From NCBI GenBank assembly GCA_031285245.1, contig JAITWN010000008.1, forward strand, positions 1 to 32,987: a stretch of 32,987 nucleotides of DNA. The letters are read 5' to 3'. Origin of the DNA: Chromatiales bacterium (GTDB lineage: Bacteria > Pseudomonadota > Gammaproteobacteria > SZUA-140). A program made the position numbers and the translations under genes. The notes beneath the pieces were generated by a model. It saw only the letters and a list, made by a program, of their open reading frames with translations, was not told where the DNA came from and did not search any database. Below, in pieces: positions 25,585-32,987 of this stretch; the first letter of the stretch is position 1, and each line of letters begins with the position of its first letter.

Positions 25585-28500
25585 CTAGAAACTGAACGAA
25601 ACACCTGCCGACGTCGAGATGTTGCTGTAATCACCCAGTGAGGAGCTTTGCAACCCGATGGCGGTTGCCGAGTCTTCGGGCGACAGGATGAATCCTGTTG
25701 GCAGGTTCGATTCGTTAAATCGATAAGACATATTAGCGAACAGGCGCAAGCTGGTTGACAGATAATAGTTTATTCCGAGAGACATATTCTGCATGAAATT
25801 CACTCGATGCCGGGTATAGAGCGTTAGGGAGTCCGGATAGGTGTATTGCAGGTATGAGGTGTTGTAGCCAGCGTTTGCGCTCAGACCTGGGCGCAGGAAA
25901 CGGATCAACTGTGCTGATACGCTGTGACTGGTATAGGCGAAATCGCTGCCGACGCTTGTGGTGTTGTTATTGATGCCGTAGTTGTAGCCGAGCGTCCAGC
26001 GCCAACCGGTGCCGAGCTGCTGATTGACGGTGCCGCCGATGGTGTAATTATTGGCATCAAAGATCGGCGAGGTTGCCGATCGCATCTGGTTTGCGCTCAG
26101 GGTGAAATCCCACAATCCAGAACCGACCTGCCCGTCTCCAAGCCAGCTCAGCCATTTTGGCATGGTGAATGAGCCCGATATGGTTCCGCTCACTTCGTCT
26201 GTGGTGCTTTGCTTGATTTGGAGTAGCAGCAATTCGCCGCTGTTGTGGGTGTAGTTCAGAGAGTAATCGAGTCCTTTCCAATACGCTGAAACGAAGGGGT
26301 TATAACCCAGAGAAAGCATATCGAATTGCCCGCGATGGAAGGTCTGATAGCCTCCAGTCAAGCTGATACCGAGGAAAATCGGTCGACGATACAGTTTGCG
26401 CCGATATGTCACGCTAGTGTTCAATGACGAACGGAATTCTTCGCTGGGATTGTCGCGGCTGAGATTGAAGTTACTGTCGTAGCCAGATTGGTAGCCCACA
26501 CTATAGGAAAAGCCGTCGAGGCGTTGAGAGAGGGCTGCCAAACGTTCCCGCGCGGTCACTTCGAGACCGCTAGGTAAAGTGCGCGCCAGTGCGGTTCGGT
26601 ACGCATCGAGTGCGTCTTCCTCACGACGCATCTGTTCATACAGCATGCCGAGACTTAAGTGTGCCGGACCATGCTGGGGTACGATGCGGATCACTTCCTC
26701 ATACTCATGCGCGGCTTCTACGTATGCGCCGCGGGCGGCGAGCAGCATGGCCAGATAGAAGTGGGCGGTATAATCGTCCGGATTGCGTTCGGCGATAGCA
26801 CGGAAGCGGCGCTCAGCTTCTTCGTTGCTCCCTTCAGTGGCCGCACGCCGCGCCGCGGCGGACTCCAGCTTGTTGTTCAGTGCTGCTATCAGCAGGGGGG
26901 GCTCCGTCAGCAATTCAAGCGCGCGCTGATAAGCACCTTCAGCCAATTTAAATTCCGACAGCATGTCATAAATTTCGCCGAGCTTTGCCTGTGTCATGCC
27001 GTCTTCAGGCTTCAGACGCAGCATGTTTTCGTATGCTTCGCGCAAGTCCGTTGGGCGGTTGAGGGTTTGGGCAGCGGCGGCAAGTCTCGACCATGCCTCA
27101 TAATCGTCAGAATTGTCGATCAGTGGCGCACGTCGATCCTGAATCAACTTGTCCTGGGTTTGTTGCCGTAATTGCGCGCCCGCTTCTCCCGCATAGAGAG
27201 TAGCGAGCAGTTGTTGCGCGTCCTTGGTGGCTGGGCTGTTACCGCTGGCGATACGCGTCTCTTCCAGCTCGCGCGTACCGTCTTCCTTGCGCTCTAATTC
27301 GAGATAAAGCGCGGCTAGCCTGAAATGGACATCGGGACTATCGGGGCGCTGGGCGGCCATTTTCTTTAGTACGTCCAGAGCCTGATCTTTCTGATCGAGA
27401 CCGTGATAAGCAACGGCGAGATTGATGGCGGCGCTGATATCATTGGGATCAATGGAGAGCAGCTCTTGAAACAGGTCTCGTGCTTGAGCGAAATTACCTT
27501 CCTTGATAGCAGTCGTTCCCTGCAGCGAGAGGATGCGGCTGCGCAGACTAGGGGCCATATCGCTATCCGGTGGTAACATCTCAAGCAGTTTGTGATACTG
27601 AGCGATAGCCTGATCGGTTTGATCAGTGTGCTCGTAAATCTCGACGAGAAAGGAACGTAATTTGACGTTTTCTGGTTGCTGTGCAATTAACGCTTCCAGC
27701 AGATGCTGAGCGCCCGCAGTGTTGTTATCGCTGATGTAACCACCGAGGATTTCACGCAATAGCACATCGTCTCCGGCATGCTGCTGCAGCAAGCGCATGA
27801 ATTGCTGTTGTGCGAGCTCTGGATTCTGGCGTGCTTCGATGCGTGGCGACAGTACGCGTATGCGATCGTTTACCCCGCCTATTTCGGGCGCGCCGGGAGG
27901 AGCTGTGGCGATGACTAGGCGGTATTCACGCAGTGCTGCCGCGGGATCGCCGAAACTATCGAGGCCGCGGGCGAGCACCAGGCGTACGCGGTAGTTGTCT
28001 GGCACTAGCGCTGCGCTGCGCGCAAGCGCGCGCAGCCCCGCTTCGGGGTTTTTGAGCTGAAGCTGGAGGTTGCCGATGAAGTACAGTGCTTCGGCGTGAC
28101 TAGGCTCCAGCGTCTGTGCGGCCTCCGCTGCGCGTAGTGCTCCCTGCGAATCACCGCGTGCCATGCGTGCTCTCGCTTCATTGAGCAGACTAGGCACATC
28201 CTTTAGGGCTGCAATGGTTGGGTCGTCCACGGGCTCGGTTTTCCCCGAAATTCCCATGGCGGTGCCTTTTGACAGTCGCTCGATCTCTTTCTGTGCTTCG
28301 ATTGCTTCGGATGCGCCTGGTGGTGCCATTGCCACTACGGTGCGTAATTGTTGCAGCGCTTCCTGTGGGGTGGCAAAACGTTCATAGGCGCGGGCTAGCG
28401 CTAGGCGCAGGCGATAATTGTTCGGCGATAGTTGTAGGCTTCTCTCTAGCGCCTGTAAGCCCGGCTCCATGCGATCGAGCTGAAGATTGACGTTGCCGAT

Positions 28501-29139
28501 GAGAAATAGCAGTTCCGCATCGTCGGGCTGCTTGGCGCGCGCGAGCTCGAAGGCTTCCAGTGCGCCTTCAGGATTATTGCGCGTAAGGCGTTGTTTGCCT
28601 GCGGCGATCAGAACCTCGGTATCGGTATCTGGACTCAGCGCTATGGTGCCGACTTCATCAAGCGTTCGACCTACTTCCAGCTCAGTGATACGCTTTCTGG
28701 CGTCCTCGGCTTCTGGCGCTCCTGCGGGTGCATCTTGGATAACACGGCGATATTCACGCAGCGCGTCCTCTCGGGCTCCCGCCTTTTCCTGAGCTTTCGC
28801 TAATTGCAGGCGCACGCGATAACGTTCCGGCGCCAATTCGACGCTGCGGGTAAGCGCGGTAATACCTGCTTGAAGATGCTCAGCCTGGATGTAAAGAAAG
28901 CCAGCGAAGAAGAGCGCCTCGGCATTATCAGGGTCCTGCGCAATGGCTTCCTCGAAAGCGCGCAAGGCTTGCGCGGAGTTGCCTTCCGCGATGTGACGGC
29001 GGCCTTCAGCCACTAGCGCGGCACTCTCATTCGCTGATTGTGCGTAGATCGGCGTCGACATCCAGGCGCCGCCGAGCATGAGCAGTAAGCTCAGCGCCGC
29101 TAGGTGTTTTGCTCGTTTCGCACGTCCCGTGATGCTCAT
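25585..29139 (-). CDS. 1184-aa outer-membrane protein: signal peptide + about 830 aa of TPR repeats + 310-aa C-terminal beta-barrel
   Basis: Signal peptide ..LLLMLGGAWMSTPIYA/QS. TPR-like helical repeats run throughout residues 40-860. Residues 875-1184 show alternating hydrophobic/aromatic beta-strand patterning ('FSYSVGYQSGYDSNFN', 'WRWTLGYNYG', 'SLGINYYLS', 'RLFANMSYRF'). The protein ends in the OMP beta-signal '..STSAGVSFSF'. Confidence 0.8.
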   Translation of the reverse strand: MSITGRAKRAKHLAALSLLLMLGGAWMSTPIYAQSANESAALVAEGRRHIAEGNSAQALRAFEEAIAQDPDNAEALFFAGFLYIQAEHLQAGITALTRSVELAPERYRVRLQLAKAQEKAGAREDALREYRRVIQDAPAGAPEAEDARKRITELEVGRTLDEVGTIALSPDTDTEVLIAAGKQRLTRNNPEGALEAFELARAKQPDDAELLFLIGNVNLQLDRMEPGLQALERSLQLSPNNYRLRLALARAYERFATPQEALQQLRTVVAMAPPGASEAIEAQKEIERLSKGTAMGISGKTEPVDDPTIAALKDVPSLLNEARARMARGDSQGALRAAEAAQTLEPSHAEALYFIGNLQLQLKNPEAGLRALARSAALVPDNYRVRLVLARGLDSFGDPAAALREYRLVIATAPPGAPEIGGVNDRIRVLSPRIEARQNPELAQQQFMRLLQQHAGDDVLLREILGGYISDNNTAGAQHLLEALIAQQPENVKLRSFLVEIYEHTDQTDQAIAQYHKLLEMLPPDSDMAPSLRSRILSLQGTTAIKEGNFAQARDLFQELLSIDPNDISAAINLAVAYHGLDQKDQALDVLKKMAAQRPDSPDVHFRLAALYLELERKEDGTRELEETRIASGNSPATKDAQQLLATLYAGEAGAQLRQQTQDKLIQDRRAPLIDNSDDYEAWSRLAAAAQTLNRPTDLREAYENMLRLKPEDGMTQAKLGEIYDMLSEFKLAEGAYQRALELLTEPPLLIAALNNKLESAAARRAATEGSNEEAERRFRAIAERNPDDYTAHFYLAMLLAARGAYVEAAHEYEEVIRIVPQHGPAHLSLGMLYEQMRREEDALDAYRTALARTLPSGLEVTARERLAALSQRLDGFSYSVGYQSGYDSNFNLSRDNPSEEFRSSLNTSVTYRRKLYRRPIFLGISLTGGYQTFHRGQFDMLSLGYNPFVSAYWKGLDYSLNYTHNSGELLLLQIKQSTTDEVSGTISGSFTMPKWLSWLGDGQVGSGLWDFTLSANQMRSATSPIFDANNYTIGGTVNQQLGTGWRWTLGYNYGINNNTTSVGSDFAYTSHSVSAQLIRFLRPGLSANAGYNTSYLQYTYPDSLTLYTRHRVNFMQNMSLGINYYLSTSLRLFANMSYRFNESNLPTGFILSPEDSATAIGLQSSSLGDYSNISTSAGVSFSF

Positions 29140-29154
29140 GGCATTTTTGCTGCG

Positions 29155-30051
29155 CTAGAAGTAGTACGTTGCTTTGATTGCAGCCTTCCAGCCGCTGAAA
29201 TCGAGCTTGAGATCGCGATACTCGCCGTCAGGCCCGGTTTTGTATTGCATGCGGCCGTTGTCTCCCGCCTGCCCTGGGTAGTGGATGATGACGTTGTCCG
29301 TAGTGAGGAAGTCGGTAAGGAGCTGTGCGTTACCGAGATCCATTTTCCGTATTCCCAGGTCATAGCTTCCTTCGAGCCCAAGGGATATACGATTACTGAT
29401 AAACCATTCTCCGCCCGCCGTGCCCTGGAGCAGGACTGCGCCGGTTGTTTGGGCTAGGGTGACGGATGTTTTGCGAAAGCTGCGTGCATCGCCGCTGAGA
29501 AAAATGGTGGTGAAATCCTCGCGGTAATTGATGTCGTACATCTGGTGTAGCGTGCCGGCGAGGTAAAGCCGGTATTTCCCAGGCTCGGAACGCATCACAT
29601 GGCGCCAGCCTAAATAGAATTCGGTATACGACAGACTGGCATTGCGCTGCGCGTCAATATTTTCGAGTGCGCCTTGGATAGGCATGATGGTAACGCCAGA
29701 GACCGATGAGCGCGCCTGCCAGGTGCCCACGCCAAATAGCAGCAAGTTGCGATCGTTGTGGCGCCACTGGATTTCAAGCCCTGCCATTGGGCTGGGATTC
29801 AGGGGCTCTAAAGGCATTTCCAACAGGAAAGAGCTTTCCTGGTTGCTGGTGGAAGGGTCAATGAACTGCGCGGTGCCTTCGAATGGCGCGCGAAAGAGGC
29901 CCCTGTTGAGAGCTTTCAAGGATGGGGAGTATAGCCCGAGAAACGGAGAGATTCCCCACTGGCGCGCTTCGGCTTCCTGGGCGCGAACAGGGGGGCAGGC
30001 GAGCAGCGCAGCCGCAACAGCGATACTGGAGATGGCGACAAATGCGCGCAT
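29155..30051 (-). CDS. 298-aa outer-membrane beta-barrel protein
   Basis: The leader MRAFVAISSIAVAAALLACPPVRA/QE allows an SPase I site after VRA or a possible lipobox LLAC. Amphipathic strands alternate and the protein ends '..AAIKATYYF'. It lies 15 nt upstream of the TPR-barrel gene. Confidence 0.65.
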   Translation of the reverse strand: MRAFVAISSIAVAAALLACPPVRAQEAEARQWGISPFLGLYSPSLKALNRGLFRAPFEGTAQFIDPSTSNQESSFLLEMPLEPLNPSPMAGLEIQWRHNDRNLLLFGVGTWQARSSVSGVTIMPIQGALENIDAQRNASLSYTEFYLGWRHVMRSEPGKYRLYLAGTLHQMYDINYREDFTTIFLSGDARSFRKTSVTLAQTTGAVLLQGTAGGEWFISNRISLGLEGSYDLGIRKMDLGNAQLLTDFLTTDNVIIHYPGQAGDNGRMQYKTGPDGEYRDLKLDFSGWKAAIKATYYF

Positions 30052-30078
30052 CAGTTCGGCCTTTCGCTGCGAGCAGCG

Positions 30079-31608
30079 TCAGAACATATATTTGAAATTG
30101 ATATAGACTCGATCATTGTCATGGAAGTTACCGACGAACTGTGAACGCTGATCAAGCACCGTTGGCTGTCCAATCTGATTGGAAAGGACGCCGAACTGGG
30201 ATGACGCGCCGGAAAAGAAATTTGCCCCCAGGGTGACATTAAAGTGGTCGGTGAGACGAAAAGTCCACGCTGGATTTAGATACGTCTCGCGCTGGTTGAC
30301 AAAACGAATCGCGAGTATTTCAAACAGGATGCCGCTTTGTGCGAAATCCTTGCGTATGAATAAATTGATGCTGTTGTCGAAGCGGCTCTGCACCATGGCG
30401 ATGTCGTAGTCGAGAATGATCCATTGCGTGATGCCGGGGGCAATGTCGAAACCCGCCCAGTTAAATTCCAAGCCAAGCCCCCAACGGATATGGTCACTCT
30501 GGACTTCGCCGAGGTTGTCAAGAAAGCCGTCTCGATTACGATCGACATCGATGACCGCGAAATACTTCCCGGTGACATAAGTGCCTTCGCCTTTCACGAT
30601 CATGTCCCCCACCTGGCGGCTGAAAGTACCGCCGTACATGTTCATGCGCGTGTACGTGGCTAGAAACTTTGGGTTATCTGCCTCGTTCTGATTCAGCAGC
30701 AAGCTCCGGAATACGGTCGGAAAATCATCCCAAGTGTAGAAGTAACTCAGCGTTACATCGGTGTTCCAGATGTAGGTACTGTAACGCAGCCCGATCTCTG
30801 AATTCTTGAGCGTAAAGGAGTCTGGCTCGGTGGTGCCGGGCACGCGCTGCAACAGCTCCCACTCTGAGCCTGGTGGCGCTGGTTTGTGGAAGTGCAGATC
30901 AGGTATCCATAGCAACTGCCAGGTATCGTCACCGCGAAAATACTCGAACTTGGCGGTCCACAGCGGGATACGGTAATCAATCAGGTCAGGCATGATCAGT
31001 TCGCGAAAGTCGACCGGATTGACTTCGTCCACGATGCGTACGCCTTCGAGCACACCCCAGACTACGAACTGACGTCCAACGCGAATATCCAGATTGTCGA
31101 ATAGGAAATCGACATAGAGTTCGCGTACCTCCATGCCCATGGAGTCGCGATCCTTGCCCAGATTGAACAGAAAGGCGAGCGGTTGGTCAGAGTTCCGTGC
31201 GAGGCGCGCGGCGATGGTGTCGTAGTCGAACAGGTCATAGGCCATGTCGTACCAGGCCACACCGGTGAAATTGCCTTTGATGCTCGGGCTGAAATCGTAA
31301 GTCGCATTCAGATAGCCAACGTTGCGCATTTTGGTGATTGAGCGCGGTTGTTTGATTCGAAAAGCCGTCTCATTCTTGAGATAGCCACTCCATTGGATGG
31401 AGTTGGAATCAGACTGGGGCGACGAGCTCGGAAATGCGAGTGGCTCATCGCCGCTAGCGGATTCTGGAAACAGGGGATCGTCGGTTAGGCTGGGCCTATT
31501 GGTGAGCAGCGGAGAGGAGTTCAAACTCTGGCCCCAGACTTGAGCTGATCCGCCAACGAGGAGCGCGCTTATCAGTGCCACATGCGGCAACACATTCCTG
31601 ATCAGCAA
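30079..31608 (-). CDS. 509-aa outer-membrane beta-barrel protein (DUF1302 / alginate-export-like)
   Basis: TTG start at 31608, 4 nt after AAGAGGGGGA, followed by a signal peptide and a Ser/Pro-rich linker. 'WSGYLKNETAFRI' and 'VRELYVDFLFDNLDIRVGRQFVVWG..EG.RIVDEVNPVD' recall DUF1302 / AlgE-type barrels. It ends '..YINFKYMF'. The family call is from memory of motifs only. Confidence 0.6.
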   Translation of the reverse strand: MLIRNVLPHVALISALLVGGSAQVWGQSLNSSPLLTNRPSLTDDPLFPESASGDEPLAFPSSSPQSDSNSIQWSGYLKNETAFRIKQPRSITKMRNVGYLNATYDFSPSIKGNFTGVAWYDMAYDLFDYDTIAARLARNSDQPLAFLFNLGKDRDSMGMEVRELYVDFLFDNLDIRVGRQFVVWGVLEGVRIVDEVNPVDFRELIMPDLIDYRIPLWTAKFEYFRGDDTWQLLWIPDLHFHKPAPPGSEWELLQRVPGTTEPDSFTLKNSEIGLRYSTYIWNTDVTLSYFYTWDDFPTVFRSLLLNQNEADNPKFLATYTRMNMYGGTFSRQVGDMIVKGEGTYVTGKYFAVIDVDRNRDGFLDNLGEVQSDHIRWGLGLEFNWAGFDIAPGITQWIILDYDIAMVQSRFDNSINLFIRKDFAQSGILFEILAIRFVNQRETYLNPAWTFRLTDHFNVTLGANFFSGASSQFGVLSNQIGQPTVLDQRSQFVGNFHDNDRVYINFKYMF

Positions 31609-31644
31609 ATGTCCCCCTCTTACCGGCGGTCAAGGCCACTGGGC

Positions 31645-31680
31645 CGTTCCCCGGGCACATCCAGATGTGCCCGGGGAACG
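31645..31680 (-). other. intercistronic 16-bp perfect GC-rich stem-loop between the LolA-like and barrel genes
   Basis: CGTTCCCCGGGCACAT (31645..31660), loop ccag, ATGTGCCCGGGGAACG (31665..31680). No U-tract on the transcribed (minus) strand. Confidence 0.7.
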
Positions 31681-31702
31681 TTACGTTGTTGCCAACGCTG
31701 GC

Positions 31703-32515
31703 TTATCGGCCGCCGCGCGTCAGATTGCGTTCAGAGAACACGTCGTCACTCAGCCCAATGTTCACCTTGGCTTCGCTGACTTCGAAGATGGAGCGGTGAT
31801 TGGTTTGCACATTGTGCACGTTGACCTCGCTCCACAGCCAAGCGTCATCAATACGCTGCCATTTGATGGACTGCTGTTTCAGAAGTTCACCTTTCGGATC
31901 GTAGTAGTCAATTTGCTGTTTGTGGCAGTCGTCCCAGTTGTTGGTCATCACGTACTGGGAAACAACATGGCTATAAAGCTGCAATGTACCCGGACGCGGA
32001 ACGCTCTTGATGTTGATGATTTTTTGCCCGTCGTGTTCTTCCGCACCCAGGACGGTATGATCGTCCTCATCGAGACCGCGCGGGCTGATATCGGCATAGG
32101 TCAGATCTGAGCCAAGGAAGCTGTCACCGGGATCACGCACCGAGACTCGGCGGGTTTTCTTGAGTGCCGGCAGATAGATCCACTGCTCAGCGTTTTTGCC
32201 GGTATAGGCCCAGCGCATGAACGCAGAACCTTGGGCATCCGGCGGGTACTCCGTGAATAGCACCATCTTTTCGGTGATACCATCACGGCCTTTGAAGTCT
32301 TTCCAGTAACGCCGATAGATATTGACCTTGTCATTGGCATCGCGGTCGCGCAGGGTGATTTTCAGCCGCGTCTGTTGATCTTCACCGGGATAGCGTGCGT
32401 CGCATTTCTGGACGATGTCACGCGCGGTGATCTGCGGCGCTTCCTGTGCCGTGCTGATCGTCGGCGCCAGCCCTGCCGACAAGGCAACTGCCAGTATCAC
32501 GCCTGTTTTACGCAT
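31703..32515 (-). CDS. periplasmic LolA-like 'outer membrane lipoprotein-sorting' family protein
   Basis: I place the start at ATG 32515, 8 nt after AAGGAGA (Met7 of the track ORF). Signal peptide MRKTGVILAVALSAGLAPTISTA/QE with no Cys. 'MVLFTEYPPD..GSAFMRW...EQWIYLPALKKTRRVS....DSFLGSDLTYADI' matches the LolA_like family usually found beside MMPL/RND or ABC exporters. Confidence 0.75.
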   Translation of the reverse strand: MRKTGVILAVALSAGLAPTISTAQEAPQITARDIVQKCDARYPGEDQQTRLKITLRDRDANDKVNIYRRYWKDFKGRDGITEKMVLFTEYPPDAQGSAFMRWAYTGKNAEQWIYLPALKKTRRVSVRDPGDSFLGSDLTYADISPRGLDEDDHTVLGAEEHDGQKIINIKSVPRPGTLQLYSHVVSQYVMTNNWDDCHKQQIDYYDPKGELLKQQSIKWQRIDDAWLWSEVNVHNVQTNHRSIFEVSEAKVNIGLSDDVFSERNLTRGGR

Positions 32516-32796
32516 AAAACTGATCTCCTTCACGAAACAGCATTAGTTTTAGGGCTATTTTAAAGTGCCGATTTGGTGGGGTATCGGCGCGACCTTCTTG
32601 CCAATCTGGTCGCTGCGGCGGGTAGCGGTAAAGCTCAAGGTATCCCGGCAAGCGGCCGAAATTATAGCAAAGGGATTTTGTAGGCGCATCCAGCATAGCG
32701 ATGCCCTAATTTTAAGAGGCGACCCCTGGCTGAATTTCGCCTGGTCGCAGTGACTGGTCCGGCATCAACGATCCGGACTCTGCCTGGAGAGAGACC

Positions 32797-32987
32797 ATGA
32801 TGAAAAAACGTATAGAAAGATTTTGTGGTTTGGCTTTCGGCTCTGCTGCTTTTTTGGCTGCAGGTGCTGCACTGGCAGTTCCGCCGACAGGTTTTGGCGG
32901 TTATGGTAATTTTTCGACGAGCGCCGGCGTCGTCACGGTGGCGTGCCCGGCGGGTTACACGTGCGCGAATCTGATCGCGGCCGGCAC
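32797..32987 (+). CDS. secreted protein, 5' end only (runs off the right edge)
   Basis: My translation from ATG 32797, downstream of GGAGAGAG: MMKKRIERFCGLAFGSAAFLAAGAALA/VPPTGFGGYGNFSTSAGVVTVACPAGYTCANLIAAG.. It has a clear signal peptide and is divergent from the LolA-like operon. Confidence 0.5.
   Translation, partial: MMKKRIERFCGLAFGSAAFLAAGAALAVPPTGFGGYGNFSTSAGVVTVACPAGYTCANLIAAG

Noticed and set aside
17610-32987. Whether the island is a mobile element, prophage remnant or anti-phage defence locus.
   Set aside because: I could see no integrase, transposase, tRNA attachment site, flanking direct repeats, nuclease, helicase, ATPase or toxin-antitoxin-sized cytoplasmic gene. All products carry export signals, so an envelope function is the better reading.

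Overview
Chromosomal window from a GC-rich, gammaproteobacterium-like genome (gene orders glnE-ilvE-heptosyltransferase, cutA-dsbD, aroQ-accB-accC, groES-groEL). All family calls come from reading motifs by eye; no searches were run. Positions 1-17.6 kb are housekeeping genes: LPS-core glycosyltransferases (a GT2 fragment and a GT9), a zf-CHCC protein, ilvE, glnE and an orphan pilU. Then come groES-groEL with a sigma-32-type promoter plus a CIRCE-like element (the groEL frame is broken at about 8223-8229), fxsA, cutA, and a stand-alone DsbD alpha-domain with a TlpA-like thioredoxin. The block ends with aroQ, accB, accC, an MMPL/RND-superfamily exporter and argA. Positions 17.6-33.0 kb look like an accessory envelope island: codon usage appears more AT-rich by eye, and every predicted product is exported. 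It contains two paralogous 27/29-aa hydrophobic peptides, each with its own SD and terminator, and a secreted Gly/Asn-rich protein. A plus-strand block encodes four lipoproteins: a 421-aa unknown, an FN3-like + 7-blade FG-GAP propeller, a small 110-aa protein, and a Big_2 + IPT + 6-blade NHL propeller. A convergent minus-strand operon encodes a LolA-like periplasmic carrier, a 509-aa DUF1302-like barrel, a 298-aa barrel and an 1184-aa protein. That last protein has about 830 aa of TPR, including a triplicated 116-aa module, fused to a 310-aa C-terminal beta-barrel. I read this island as a candidate undescribed outer-membrane lipoprotein export or surface-display system, with polymer export as an alternative; this is inference from architecture and gene order only. 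No rRNA, tRNA, CRISPR array, transposase or integrase was recognised.
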